Part shown: in pieces, positions 11,901 through 25,450 of the stretch
Layout: every line of letters begins with the position of its first letter
Position numbering within the stretch: the stretch's first letter is position 1
Assembly: GCA_964199315.1 (NCBI GenBank)
Contig: OZ116702.1
Span: 32,674,001-32,738,000 of the forward strand
Reading direction: 5' to 3'
DNA from: Orbicella franksi
Lineage: Eukaryota
DNA length: 64,000 nt
The notes under the pieces: generated by a model
Told to the model about the DNA's origin: nothing
What the model saw: the letters and a program-made list of their open reading frames with translations, nothing else
The model's database searches: none
Position numbers and translations under genes: made by a program

Positions 11901-13820
11901 TGAACAAAATATAAACATAACCCGACCATATTATCAGAATCTGATGGTATAATCTCCCACCGATACGGATTTGTTTCCAAATCTGGATGGGAGTCACGGA
12001 AGTTAATTTTGATGTTGATATTGGCCTTGCTCCAAGGACTTCTATCTCATTTCGCAGCTTCCTTCCCAAACTAAAAGTTCAAAATTTTTATCTCGCACTT
12101 GAGGGTCACAGGTTTGCCAGCTACAAGCCTGTTAAGTGTCAGCTGCATCGATCAGATTACATGTACATTTACTTCTGATCATTTTAAAGCATGCAAATTG
12201 CACTTATCCATCTCGCCAAACAAAAGAATCCAGTTTTTTGGCTCTGTAGGGCATCTTTGTTACATCAAGTTGCATTGTGCACGTACCAAACAACACAAAA
12301 ACATTCTTTCATGTAGGATGATATCACCTTCTTAGCCATGCAAGCCATTTACACAGGATGAAACTCGCTGGTAACCACACTAAACAGATAGGTTTCCCAA
12401 CCCAGAAAATAAATTAAAACTTTCACTACTTTCACATTTTTGTGACGTCCACAAAAGACCTGACAACATATGGAATCCTACGTAATAATATTTTATTAGA
12501 ATTTCCTTTTGGTAATAAAAACTGCACAGAGTATAATTTTCCACAAAACAAAAAATAATGTTCAGATGAGAAAATATGAGACAGCGTTAAGTGGTAATCT
12601 TGAATAATTACACGTATTATTAAGTACTAAAACCCACGTTCAACATTACTTGAACGATCTTGTTTTGTTTTTAATCCCAACAAAAAAAGCATTTACTTTG
12701 CCCCCCCAAAAATTAAAGTATTTTAAGAACTTGAGAACGGATCAGCCTCCTCTGTTTCTATTTTGGGCAAAGGTGAAATGTGTTGATATTAAAAAAGCAA
12801 AAAAAAAAATTCAAGTTTTCACGAGAAAACAGAAACACGACCCACTGGAAGATGGAAATATTGCGTCAGGAACCAGATAGAATTACCACATTGAACATAA
12901 TTATTTCCATGTTGATGTTTAAACAAGTGTTCTTGATTTGAAGCGACGAAAATACGCACCGGCGTAACTTCATGTCGGGCAGAAATTTGCATCAGAATTC
13001 ATTTCCCTTATCTCACAAACAAAGCTTCATATATGCAATACCTTTATTTTGATACGCAAGGGAGTTAAAACTTTTCCGTCCAAGCAGAAAACTTGACTGG
13101 ATTTTTTTTGTGTGTGTAATCAATATTGACTTCCCTGTCATATTTGACGACATTCAATCTTCTCGTAAAAATTCTGCAGAAAATCACATCGAGCAAAACT
13201 ATCAGTTTCGATCAACTTGCTTAAGGCTAAATACACCCATCGGTTCGACAAACAATTTCAACCACATGAACGCGGGGCATATATAAACATAAGTTACACT
13301 TGTATAAGCTTAAAGAACACAGAAATTAGGCTTAAAAGGTTTAAATGCACGGGTAATTATTTCACTGACTGCGATATTTTGCAATAACCCCTAAGCTAGA
13401 TTGATGTCATTTCGTAAGCGCTGATTGTTGATTATTGTATTCTCCTGTGGATAAAGGCAATTTGAATAACTGGTAAGACTCATAACAGGCAGGATGAACG
13501 TCAAAACAACCCAAGCTGGTCGGTGGTTAATTCATAAGCCCTCTTCTACACTGACCAAAACAAGCAGAAACACTCATTTAACAACTCACCTATGCTCGAA
13601 AGAAATTCTACGGCCTGTTCGTTCGCCACGACCAAGGAAGCGGGAACGTTCTCTGCGCTAAAAATATACAAAAGCAACAGGGCAAGTTAGTTTACATAGT
13701 TCATTTTCCACTGATAAATGACTGAACATAGTCTAAACGACAACTGTAAGCGAAAACCGAACGCGAAACTGGCGCTTCACACCAGTTTTACACTCGCCTG
13801 TGCCCGTTTTCCGCCTCCAT
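5963..13820 (-). CDS. CATIP: Ciliogenesis-associated TTC17-interacting protein (C2orf62 homologue), 12 exons
   Basis: Phase-consistent exons: 13820-13798, 13657-13590, 10560-10496, 10090-9970, 9818-9763, 9332-9243, 8973-8913, 8634-8531, 7629-7505, 7273-7194, 6846-6758, 6178-5963. Recognised motifs: [81 protein letters not shown]. Confidence 0.93.
6350..6607. mobile_element. PIF/Harbinger-like MITE family A, copy 1
   Basis: Shares ccggagaaattt(g)gaaacgc, ttttcgaaaagctccgttttcgtgacggattagtgtggacgg and the ggacc-TTA end with the copies at about 25.2 kb and 53.8 kb. Confidence 0.75.
8254..8419. mobile_element. MITE in a CATIP intron
   Basis: TIRs GGGTGCATTCCTTTGGGTGATCTGGAT / ATCCAGATCACCCAAAAGGAACGCATCC, flanked by TAA (Harbinger-like TSD). 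Confidence 0.8.
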
Positions 13821-13979
13821 TTGCACTTGTAAAGAAGCTGAGCTGGTGGCAATTATCTGGCTGAAGTGTTGCTCCTCATGTTAGGGAAACCGGAGAAAGA
13901 AAGGCGAACATCATTATACAACTCGGTCAAACCGCTTTTCCATATCAATAACAAATTCCCGCGCGAGGAATTGACACTC

Positions 13980-13993
13980 GTTGCCTCGACAAC
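13980..13993. promoter_or_regulatory. Candidate RFX X-box upstream of CATIP
   Basis: GTTGCCTCGACAAC resembles the 14-bp X-box GTTGCCATG(G/A)CAAC and lies about 160 bp 5' of the ATG of a ciliary gene. Confidence 0.45.
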
Positions 13994-15236
13994 CGCATAC
14001 GTCATTGATTTGATAACAAGAGTGACAAGACGAGATGACAAGATGGCCCACTTCGATAACGGTGTTGTTTTGTCTACGAGTTTTTACGGGTTGGAAATAA
14101 ACAATCAAAGATATTACGGTTTTTGTAATTACTGATTTTTCTTCCTGACAGAATTTACCGATAACACAAATTACAGATGTTGTCACTGGTTGTCACGCAA
14201 GTCACGCAACGTTTTTCGCCAAAAAAAGTTGAGGGAAGTGTTGCGTGACCATCCAAAGTAAGTCATATTTTACACGAGTTTATATCTTCATCCATCAAAT
14301 AAATGGAATTTTCTTACAGTTTTGATATTGTGAGCTTTGTGTAAGAGTCATAGCCAGTTGAATACAAAATATGCAAAAAATGATCCCAAAGAAACTTTAT
14401 TTATTGCAATTTATTATTACAGAGTCATTATAATCTAAATGTGAGCTATATTCTACTGCTATTGAATGCGACCAACGACATACATGTATCACAATAAACT
14501 CAATATTACTAATTACTCAAAACCAAAATATTGTTCACTGCAACCTATGACCCATGCTGGACAGCTATTGAAGAGAAAAGTTTACTGTTGTATATTGTTA
14601 AATGTGTCAGAAAAAAAAAAACACAAATGACCTTAATAAAATTTAAACGTGGAATTATATTGCCAAATCAACAGAAACTGTGATATTATTCAGGAGTGAC
14701 GCAACAAGACCTCAAGGGTGATGTGATCATACCTCAAAATCACACGGCATAAACAATGATATTGGTTTGTTCAAGGTGCTAATCAGGTGATAATATCTTA
14801 AAAAGATATCAAATGAAACTCAAACTACAAAAATAGTCTTTGAGAGGGCCTCTACAATACAACTAAGATGAAAAAATTGTATAGCGATTGTCAGGGTTAG
14901 AGACTACACCTTACTTTAAAGGTACAATTTAATACATTCTCCATCTTTTGACCTTTTCTTTCCCAATTTAAAAAGTTCTCTTCAAATCGCCATCTTTCAG
15001 ATAATTTGCATATGTTTCACACATTTTGCTATGTTTTAACAGTATTATATTGTTTCAGTAGCCACACCCTTAATTGTCCCACTGATTCAGTGTAGGGAGT
15101 TTTTGACATTTTTTTGACATATAGTAATCAAAAACTCTGGATCTGAAATAGTTTGGCAAAATGCCATTAGGTCATTTGAAAGCATTTTACAGTGCTATTA
15201 ACATATAAATAAAGGCATCTTTTGTTAACACTTAAG

Positions 15237-18200
15237 TTATCCTTCTGTTTCGGTGTATGAGTTTGTCTTGTGTTTGGGAATGAAGCAGAACTTTCCCGGC
15301 ACAGGACCTAACAACATCTCACTGCCAAGAGATGAAAAGAGAAAATCAAATTGTTAGTAAAATGTACAAGGTAACTAACAGTTAATTAAGCATTTGCAGT
15401 ATGCAATTTTGGGGAATTTATACCAGATTGTTAACCATAGGAAATTCAATAAAAGGGAAAACCAAATACCTACAACCTAACAATATCAACATTGGGCTAG
15501 TATTGACAAGATTCATGCTATACAGACAATTTCAGTGGTGTCTTGCAGTGTGGCATGTCGCAAATGTTTTAGTGCACTGATTGAAAGGTGTTACAAAAGG
15601 AACCATTGTGCAGGGATATTACAACAAATACATTGATTTAATGTATTTGTTTTACATGTCTGCACAATCAAGCCTTTGTAAGTCATGTAACACCTTTCAC
15701 TCAATGTGCTAATTTGCTTGTCACACCTTAAGTGCTTTTAACACTAGTGGTGGATCCAATGTACATATTTTTTGTTCTTTTTTTTCTTTAAAGCATAATA
15801 CCTTTTACCCATTGTACTGTAACAGCTGAGCGAGTGAGAATATTAAGAACTAGCCAGATTAGCCAAAGAAGTTTAATGCTTTTTTTCCTTTTCCTAGCCG
15901 TTTTTACACATTAAATTATATGCCTGTTGCATATTGTATCTCAGTGAAGTTATTGAATTTTTTATTTGGTTTGTTGTTGTTGTGGTTGCTATTGTTGTTT
16001 CTGCTCAGTCTGGTTTAATACAAGTTGCAAGAAAACTGTTTCTTACAAAATTATTATCAGAAATTGTATTTCTTAACATTAAAATGTAGTTTGTTATTAC
16101 ATGTACTTAATAGGTCTCATATGACCTTGTGACGATCCTAACATGGTGACATGAAAACAAAAACAACTAACATACCAGACACTACAGAGTCAGACATAAT
16201 TTTTCACAGATGTGTCCTAGAGAATTAATAATAATTCAATTGCCGTGCAATAAACGGTAATTTCTACCTTATTTTGACCCAGTCAGCACAATCACTGCTT
16301 GACAACAAAGTTTCCAGATCATTTCGGCCATAATAAGGTGGAGGTCTTTCATTGATTCGCTGAGGAAGCCTCTCCAGCAGACCAACAGGAATGTAACTGT
16401 AGAGAACAATTAATTAGGTAAAGGTAAAGGTAAAGGTAAAGGTAAGCTTTATTTAGCCAGGGTGGCCCATTCAGTGACAAGGCTGATATCCAGAGGAGCC
16501 CTGGTTTCTAAAGATTTCTCTAGATTTCTAAATCTATAAAGAAATGTCTTAAGGCTTTCAAATATGATTTTTACACTTACCGACATTGGAATGACAACCA
16601 CTCAAGAAGAAATCTCCTGGTGTTTTCAACTCCCTAAAAGAAAGATTTAAGAACAAAACTATTGATAACTCATTACCCAATAGAAGTAACTCTCATTTTG
16701 AGAAATTTTCAAGACTCAAGTATTGACGAAGAAATGTGAAAGGAAAAAAGAGATTTAACTAAGTTATGTAAGTGGCCTTAAACCTAACATCTGTATGTTC
16801 CTCATTTTAAAAGATCAGTGGTCATTTAATATATGTTAACATACCATTGAGTCAGAACCCCAGTGTTCCAAACCAAAATTGACAAAATCTCGCAGCATAT
16901 CAAAGCGTTCACTGGATGAAATGTCCCAATGCCTAAAACACAGGAAATGCTAAGTAGACTTAAGCTATCACAAATAATAATACATATACAAGGAAGTTTA
17001 CATCTGTCAAAATATTAATTATCAAAAGTCATTCTTTCTCGGAATGCCTAATCTGGATCTGGTTTAAAAAACTTTTGCTACTAAAGAACATTAAAACTAG
17101 TGGTTTAAACTTAAAACTTGCCTGTTTTCCTTTATCTCTGTAAATATCCAAGGCTTAATTAAGGCCCCTCTGAAAAGCAAATTAAAATTATTCAAAAAAA
17201 ACTTTTAAATCTTTACAAAGCCAAGACCCACAAGTGCTCAAGAAATTATAGTAAAAGTTTTCCTTTTAATTAAGAATTGAGACAGCAATTTACTTATAGA
17301 GGATAGTATCGTTCTTAAAATCAAGGGAACACTAATTAAAAGTATGTTTTACCTTGCTATCATCAAACCAGACACACCGGTTTGTTCCTTTCGAATAATA
17401 GCATCTTCATAGGAAAGGATGTCTCCATTGCCTGTCAAATTTATCCAGAAACAAGTTACTCTTAGAAATACTACCAAATAATTATAACCCAACACTAAAA
17501 TGGAAAAATCTAACATATTCCAGACTCCCCCCACCCTACTCCCTTCTGACAAACCAGTTTAATTTTCATCAAAGATGAAGGGGGAGTCTGGGACCAACAA
17601 CTTATTTGACCAACAAATATGGGGAACTTTCAACAATTACTGCTTGCAAGCATGGTCTAATGGATCTGAAGACCGACTACAAAGTCAGCAATGAGGTGTT
17701 GAAATCTAGGTAGTACGAATAAGAAAAAAACATTGTAGTGGTATGGGAGTAGTATGTTAAATATTGTGCAATTGATATAGGATCCTGGCAGAGGTAGAGT
17801 AGGGTTAGGGACTAAAAGAGGTAACGCAGGGTTAGGAACTGGTGTGGTGTGCATGTTAGGGCAGGGTGGTGTGGTGTGCATGTTATTCTTTTTAAGAACA
17901 CCCCAAAAAAGTGAGGAAAAAAATACCTGGTTTGAAAAGTTGAAAGCAGAGGTCAAAATTGAACAACAACAGATACAAACAAATGACAGAAATGTTTCCA
18001 AGTCACCTACCAAACAATGGCATCGGGCAAGCAGCCTTGGCACACTCATTAATGTATTCCCAATCTGACAACCTTGTATATCGCTGTTCTCTTGAGCGAC
18101 CATGGAGCTAGACAAGAAGAGAGAACAGACGAGTGTAGTTTACAATATTAATAATGTTTTTTTAGATTTGTCTTTCCTGAATGATACTTTTTTACTGACT

Positions 18201-19020
18201 GAGTAGTTTCTGTAATTATACATATTTCCTCTGAGGGGGGGAGTTGTTGGACTCCCTATCCTTGTTCCACCGAGTCTTGAACTTGCAATCACAAAATTTC
18301 CCCACCTATGAAATGTTCTGATTTTAAAACTGTCTTTTAATGCTAAGTAGAAGTTTTAAAGTTCTTGAACAAAAAATACATCACATTCAAGAACTAATAA
18401 ACTAGCAACTAAAAAAATCAAGAGTCCAAGTTATCAAGTTTATGAAAACAAAACAATGGATTTTTTCCCCTATTAAGGACCACAGAGAAAGGAAGAGATG
18501 TTGATAAGTCTAGAAAATTGACATTTGAGTGGACAAACTCAACTGACTGCACATTGACTTACAGTAACAAGAGTTACATCCCATAACTTGAGGTTGGAGA
18601 CGAGTTTGTGCGCATTCCATGCAGTCTTCTTATCACTGATGCCCGTTCTCATCTTTACTGTCAGAGGGATGTCAAGGACCTTAAACAGCCATGAGAGATC
18701 AACATAAAATTTGCAAGTTCAGTAAAATCAAACATTGACAAGCAAGCAGAATCAGATTTTTTAAAGTTGTGAGCAATGATCTGGATGACATGTGCTCACT
18801 GCACCTCTTTTTGTTACTTTTTAAAGTATTTTACGTCTAATAATTACACACAGTGTGAATGGTATACAGAACAAATCAAAGTTACACTCTTCACTTAGTG
18901 ATGATACATCAGGTTTTATTATCTGTCATTCTGTCTTTGTATATTAATAAATTAAAGTGTTCCCAATTAATAGAAGGGTGTTTCCTCTCGGCTAGATAAA
19001 TATTGACACATAAGTAAAGT

Positions 19021-19082
<62 letters not shown>

Positions 19083-22000
19083 GTGTTCATGCATGTATTT
19101 ACATACTTACGTAGTTCATACCCCTGACAATCTGTTCAAACTTTCCAAATCTCCCCATCAGAGCACTGCCAGCTCCCTGAAAGGAAACATTATTGAAAAC
19201 ATTTCATTCAAGACCAAAATGTAATTTATTGTTACAGTCATCACCATGTGAACTCCTCAATGCAGTCCTATAGTAACCTTACATGCAGCACTGAGTGAAG
19301 CTGGTGTACTTAAGAGATGGGGGAAAGCGTTGGTAAGAGCTGGAAAGTATAGACTGCCAAGTCCTGTACACATCTGCCATTCATTTGGTGGGTGTGTAAT
19401 CTAACATCAACCAACTACAGAAGACATTGCCACAAATCTCCAACCAAATCAAGCTTAGAAAATAATATGGTATGAGAAATACTTATTGTAAGTTACAATG
19501 TAATTAGACTGGATGGGCAAATATTGGACTCTGTTAATTTGTTAATGGCTTCAATTAAACTAACTTAAAGTCTATTTGCCATCATCTTGAAAATACTAAT
19601 AAATTAAAGCTATACCTGCTTAAAGACTAAGTCAATGGGGCAGCCAATATTGATGTCAACAAAGTCAATAGGAACTTCATTCTGAAGAAGCTCAGCACAT
19701 CTTGTCATGGTGTCAGGGAAAGAGCCGCACAGCTGCAATAAAAAATAATTCAGTAAATGAAATATTTATTTCTCAGAGGATGTGAAAATGTCAATGTAAA
19801 CTAAATGGTGTCAAAGTAAAAACTAAGTGAATCATCTTCCATTATGAATAAACAAAAATAAACTGTGCCAAGCATTTAGCTACCAATTCAACATTTATTT
19901 GCCCCAAGTCTGATCACATATAGAAAACAATCATCAGCTATACACATGCAGTGATAAATTAATAAAAATTACTATTTTGATCTTAATCACATATCTACCA
20001 ATGAATTCTCAGAATTTAATGTGAAAGAAATATTTGGCAAATTATAGGAAAGGGGAAGATGTTAGAGTATTAATTTAGAAATAGATGTTACATTCAACTC
20101 TAACCTGTGCACCAAAAATGTCCTCAGAGCTGTGACGCTTTAGTAGGGCCCATTCTGACATGCTAGCCTAATCGGGCAGATAGAATGCAATTATTGTCAC
20201 AGGCTTAAATCAATTATAAGTTTAACAAATTGACATCAGTTTTTCATGCTTCTGTCCTGTTATTGATCACAAATTTTGCACTAACATTGTCCAAAAAAAA
20301 CTGTGGATCCACGAGCCAATAGTACCACTCAAAGTTTAACTCAAAGTTCAGAAAGTGATTTAAAATACAGTAAGCCTAAAATCATTCATCATGAAGGCAA
20401 AACCAAGAGAATGGATAAGTTTGCAAACTGATAGTCTTAAAAGATTTTCCGAAATGAATAGGAACAATTAACTATTTGAGCACACTTTTAAAACCAATAA
20501 AGTAAATTAAACTAAAATAATCTGAAAGTAATATAATTTGCAAAAATAATAAACATATAACAAAACAGAATGATATTAAAATAAAATGAAATTGACCCAC
20601 CTGAAGAAGCTTTGTACACATGGCCATTTCACTGCAAGTTACATCTGCACCAAACTGCTTACAGATCCTCCGGAATGGTAGATTTCCAACCTGTAGGTGT
20701 TAACAACAAAACTAATAAGGGTTGGTGACAGTTGAGCCAAGTAGCTCCTAAATATATTACTTTGGACTCAATATCATACACTGACTAGGAGTATTAAACA
20801 AAATATTTCTTATCCTCTAAGAAATCCCACTGCATTGCTGTCAAATGGCCTTTAGTTTGTAATTCATCGACACCTATTTAGACTACACCTGGGTGGAGAG
20901 AGACACTGTTAAAGTAATTTAGGTTGGAGGTTGGGTGCTTGAGACATCCAGGACTGAGGAGCTTCCACTATTGGCAGCCAGCATCAAGATGGAGATCATG
21001 ACAGCCTCTAAGAGGAGCCTCCAAGCTCAAGAAAATGCTAATGCTCAAGAAAACACTGAATAAATGATCACCAGTCAGACCATGTTTTTTTTTTAAATGA
21101 TGTACATGATGAAACAACAAGTCTGTCAACTTACAGTTGTGAGTGGTGCTAAATAGAGCTTGTCAGCAAAATTAATCTGAAAGAGAGAATTGATTAAAAC
21201 ATAAGTAAGCTCATTAACCTAGATGAGAAGAATTACATTTGATATCTAAATTATTTATTACTAACAGTGCTTTGCACAATACCATTGCCACTTGAGAATG
21301 TTTTTGATTAAATTTTGGCATATTTTTGATGATGTTTTCTCAACTTTGTGCTAGCTTCTGTTTGAAGCAGCCGATCAAAACATGGGAAATGTCAAGGGCA
21401 GTGATGTTAAATTGTCAAATTCCTCATTCTCTCTTGTGGAAATTTCAAAAGTCTCGACTTGCCAAAGTTTGAAACCAGTGGTATGTTGTTGCAGTTTGAT
21501 TGCTCATTTAAAATAGAAGCCATCAGAAGTTGTCCAAACATTGACAAAAAGTTGCAAAAAACTAATCAAAAATTTTCCTTTCTTGGCGATGGTAAAACAT
21601 ATAGCAATGCCATTATTTTAGGACAGCAATGAAAAATAGCAATAGCAATGTTCTGATTGGCTAATGAAATGTATAAAGATAGTAACAGTGGGACTTGAAA
21701 GGATTAGACATCTTAAGCTTGAGTTAAATCATGGCATTCATTGGTTAATTTAGCGTGGGAATTTTTCCTCTTTCATAAACTCTACAAGATTCAGGGGAAA
21801 CCTGAGTCACTTGTGCCAGGGTAATGAGTTCTCAGATACAGATGTTTTCACATCACCGGTATATCCAATGTCATATTTCTCTTAAGAACTGAAGGCGTAA
21901 TGCCATCCATTTGACAGTTATATTTAATTTACCTTTTTCTTTTCTTCTGGTCTAAGCTTGATAACATCCTCATCAGTCACAGCTCCTTCAGATTTTTCAC

Positions 22001-23313
22001 AAATCTTAGACAAACTTCCAAGTTCACTATTTGGTTTACCTTCAGCTTTCACTTTTGCAAGGTGCTTCAAGAAAGTGTCTGAATTGGTAAACTCATACTT
22101 CTTTTTCCGTAATGCAAACATCAGCTCCTTACTTAAAACAGTCTTTGTCCTTAAAGGTGCAGTCTCCTCATACAACTCTTTGTTCACAATGTTTTTAAAA
22201 CTCTTCGAAATGTGATTCTTTCCATATCTACAAGTCACCCCATAGGTGCATTTACCAAATTTCTCAAAGTTTATGCAAGTTTCTCCAATGTCAGGAGGTT
22301 TATAATTTTTCACATACTCTTTAATATCATGCAGATATCTGCATTTGTCATCCCCGTACCCGCATTCTTCACCCTTGGCAATACTGGTACATAACTGTTG
22401 TTTGAAATCTAGTTTTGCCGCTCTTGGTCTGTTTTTGTTCATGCCACGCTTTTTCTTCTTTTTAGCTGGTGGTTCTCCGGATTCACCTTCTTCGTTGTCT
22501 TCATTTGTTGATTGCGTTTCAGTGTCTTTGCTAGGTTCACTTTCATCTAAACTGATCTTACTTGTGGCACGTTTTGAAGTTTTCTTTAAATACCTGGTAT
22601 TAAAATATTATGCAAAAAAGTGTGGTTATTTTTGAGCGACTATTTTTACCACGCGAATAAAGGTCATCATTAACATTACACTAAGCAAAATTCTAACAAG
22701 GCAAGATCTATGACCTCACATTTTGAATCTATTTCTTATCAACTGATATTTTCATTTCTGTGAAAAACATCTGTCATAGTCGCTGACTGCCCAAAAACAA
22801 GCTAGAGTACGTTGTCTACACACTAGGTGATACCTCGCACTACATTCCTGGAGCAACACACCCCATTCAATGTAACCTCTCAATCAATGTTTCCAGAGAT
22901 ATCTTTTTTCAAATAAGTATAATATGGAAGATTTTTCTTGATCATCTTCCAATGTTACTCCACCCCAATGCATTGACTCTAACTAATATCTTTTGTGAAG
23001 GATTTTGTTTCCAAGCAGTGGAGACAAAATGCAACCACAACCACTAAATTCAGAATTTCTAAAAATCCAATAACACAAAAATTAGCATGATTTGTTTGAG
23101 AGAACTCTACAGCTGATTCCACGTGTAACTCTTGTAATCATTAAACATAAAACACACTCACTGCGTCTTAATAGGTGCAACTCCAGGTCTTAATTTTACA
23201 TCGGCATCCTTCGATATAGCTTCTGGTTGCAACTGCTTCTCTTCCTCAGTACTAGAAACAGAGTTTTCTCCGTTTTCCCCCGCTGATGGAAATCCGGCAA
23301 CTTCGTCCGCCAT
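15237..23313 (-). CDS. DUS3L: tRNA-dihydrouridine(47) synthase [NAD(P)+]-like, 15 exons
   Basis: Phase-consistent exons: 23313-23162, 22593-21933, 21176-21135, 20690-20601, 20167-20105, 19732-19616, 19176-19111, 18679-18563, 18107-18011, 17431-17353, 17169-17122, 16932-16845, 16633-16581, 16396-16268, 15321-15237. Two CCCH fingers; [62 protein letters not shown]. Confidence 0.97.
16417..16504 (-). mobile_element. 3' tail of a LINE (L2/CR1-like), 5'-truncated
   Basis: The minus strand ends ...ccctggctaaataaagct followed by a (TACCTT)n tail; the polyA signal plus short tandem tail is typical of L2-type ends. Confidence 0.65.
18955..19081 (+). mobile_element. LINE-like 3' end with (TTGA)n microsatellite tail
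   Basis: ...gacacataagtaaagttt followed by about 15 TTGA units (19022-19081). Confidence 0.6.
20830..20970 (-). mobile_element. Decayed SINE fragment
   Basis: Contains ctgggtggagagagacactg, the conserved core also seen in the SINE copy at about 51.1 kb. Confidence 0.45.
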
Positions 23314-23969
23314 ATTGAAGCAACCTCATTCCCAGTACACCTCTTGCTATAAGCAGGACCCAGGCTATCGAGCTTGGCCGCGGCAAAACGACGTTGGTGA
23401 CAATCATTCACCGTTCAAGGTTCGAAATCCGCATGGAATTTACTAATTTTTTTTGGAACTTGACTAAAAGAGTTCTGAGAATTTAAAAACGAGATAACGA
23501 GGACTTGTTGATACCTGATTTGTCAAAAAAATTGTTTGTGTGTAAGGAAACCGCACCTTTCCTCTTTTCTCGTTTTTTCCCGGGATGATAGGAAAACCAT
23601 TCTTTATACCATTTGCTTTTTTCACACCATTCTCATGTTCTTTGGTGAAATACGCGTACGCAGTCTTTCCCATCGGAAATGAAATGGCGCAGTCCTTTCC
23701 ACTCAGAAGTTCTTTAAATTTTTAAATACTGACAAATGATTGTACACACTCATTCCGTCCCATTTTGCTCGTTAATTGAGCAGTTGTACAGTTCCAATTT
23801 AGCGCAAAATTCTCACTGATGTTTCCACACAAATGAAAAGCGCCCCTCACTTGACTGCGATCAACCGTCTTTTTCAGCTTTCCTTTTTCGGGGCATTTCA
23901 TTCACGATTAATAAGTGCGACCCAAAAAATTTCCAGTGGTGTAGAAAGTTAAATTTGATTTCTCACCAG

Positions 23970-24195
23970 GGGTCCGTTTCTAGAAAGTCCCGGAAACTTT
24001 TCAGGCCCGTTAAGCCATTTTTAGTCCATCTGTCTAGAAACGGAGAAGTGTATGCGCCTGAAACTTCTTGTATGAAGGGAACTTCTCTTCACATTAAGAA
24101 TATGTGAATAAAACAGCTCTGTAATCGTAAAGTTTGAGATTTTGCTATTGCTTTACGGGCCCGAAAAGTTTCCGGGGCATTCGAGAAACGGGCCC
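23970..24195. mobile_element. MITE family B, copy 1
   Basis: TIRs GGGTCCGTTTCTAGAAAGTCCCGGAAACTTTTC / GAAAAGTTTCCGGGGCATTCGAGAAACGGGCCC, with CAG on both flanks. Confidence 0.8.
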
Positions 24196-24609
24196 CAGAA
24201 CCGGTTTTTACACATTACCTTTAGGTACCACCAATGGCTATAAATTCACAAGCAAAATAACTCTTGTACAGTAATTGTTTTGTGCTAAATAGTTTTCAAG
24301 ACTGGTTTGAAACCTTTATCCTTTTCAAAACTGCAACTCTTTTTTCCTTATAACTCGCCTACACAAGGGAGTTGCACTATCAAATAGGTGGGTTTTAAAC
24401 ACTTTATTATAATATCTAAAAATATCTACAATAACATCAGTATCACACGAGTTTGCTTAACAACATTCACTGGCTTGAAAAAAAAGGAATAAAAAAGCGA
24501 CAATGGATGAAAACTGAAAAGCTAAAAAATCATGGAACATCAATGAGCTGCAGTAACCACGAGCTAAACAGTTTGTCTAAAGAACAAATAGACCTCAGTT
24601 ATCACGGTT

Positions 24610-24900
24610 TTCGACGCCATCTTGACGGGTAGACAAAGCGGTCAAAAATTACAGTGTTTGTATGGGAATCCGATGGCAAACAACTTTTTCCAATATTGAA
24701 TTTTACGCAATTTGTAAATCGAAACGTCAAAATACTAGATAGAAGATTGTATTCACCAATAGGATGTTGCTTGGCTAGAAGACGATCATTTTTTCTAATT
24801 TTCCATACATTTGTCTGTAATTTTTTTTCCCGCGAACCGCGTCTACCCAGCCAAATGTATGGAAAATTAGAGAAGACAAATGTATGGACAATTAGAAAAA
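24610..24900. repeat. Dispersed repeat related to the 235-740 element
   Basis: gccatcttgacggg...aattacagtgtttgtatgggaatc...aatattgaatttt matches the arms at 241-350 and 670-735. It also has an internal duplication of caaatgtatgga(a/c)aattagaa. Confidence 0.6.
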
Positions 24901-25196
24901 TTAACTGAGTGCCTTCTAGCCAAGCTACATCCTTCAAACGATATGAACTCACCAGTCGCAAGAACTGTGGAGAAAATGAAAATGGTCTGCAAAAATCCCT
25001 TCATTTTGTGTCCTTCTCTAACTCCGAACTCAATCAAAGAGTCATCAAAGAAGACTCAACAAAAGTGGTCTGCACGTCCACTTCACAAGCACTGGCACGA
25101 AAGTTATTGAACGTCATTCAAACTTCAGCTTCTGATTGGCTGAATGATGCCAGTCCGCGCGCTTGGCGCGTTCCCCTGGTCCCCCATAAAAGACAA

Positions 25197-25450
25197 ACAG
25201 GACGCCGGAGAAATTTTGAAACGCAGCTTTATTTCTATGGTTAGGCCTACCGTCCACACTAATCCGACACGAAAACGGAGCTTTTCGAAAACGTCCTTCA
25301 AACCGGAGGAATTTGAAAACGGCGGCTTGTCGTTGTAGTGTGAACAGCAAACATATTGAAAACGGAGCTTTTTGAAAACGACGACGTTGCAACATACATG
25401 TGATTTCCCTGTCATTGCTGCGTTTTTAAATTCCTCCGGCGTAGTGTGAC
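25197..25450. mobile_element. PIF/Harbinger-like MITE family A, copy 2
   Basis: Inverted ends acgccggagaaattttgaaacgcagc / gctgcgtttttaaattcctccggcgt; the body matches the other family A copies. Confidence 0.8.

Noticed and set aside
11400-12350. Possible transposase or retroelement remnant in the 3-kb CATIP intron 2
   Set aside because: The frames I translated are short and broken by stops, and I could not recognise a catalytic motif.
13866-14186. Short ORFs next to the CATIP start
   Set aside because: No recognisable domain or splice support; they overlap the probable promoter.
17657-18115. 152-aa ORF from the track
   Set aside because: It overlaps a DUS3L exon in another frame and runs into a short intronic repeat (gggttagg/ggtgtggtgtgcatgtt).
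25114-25415. ORFs similar to those at 53956-54363
   Set aside because: Spurious translations of MITE family A; the shared peptides reflect the repeat, not a gene family.
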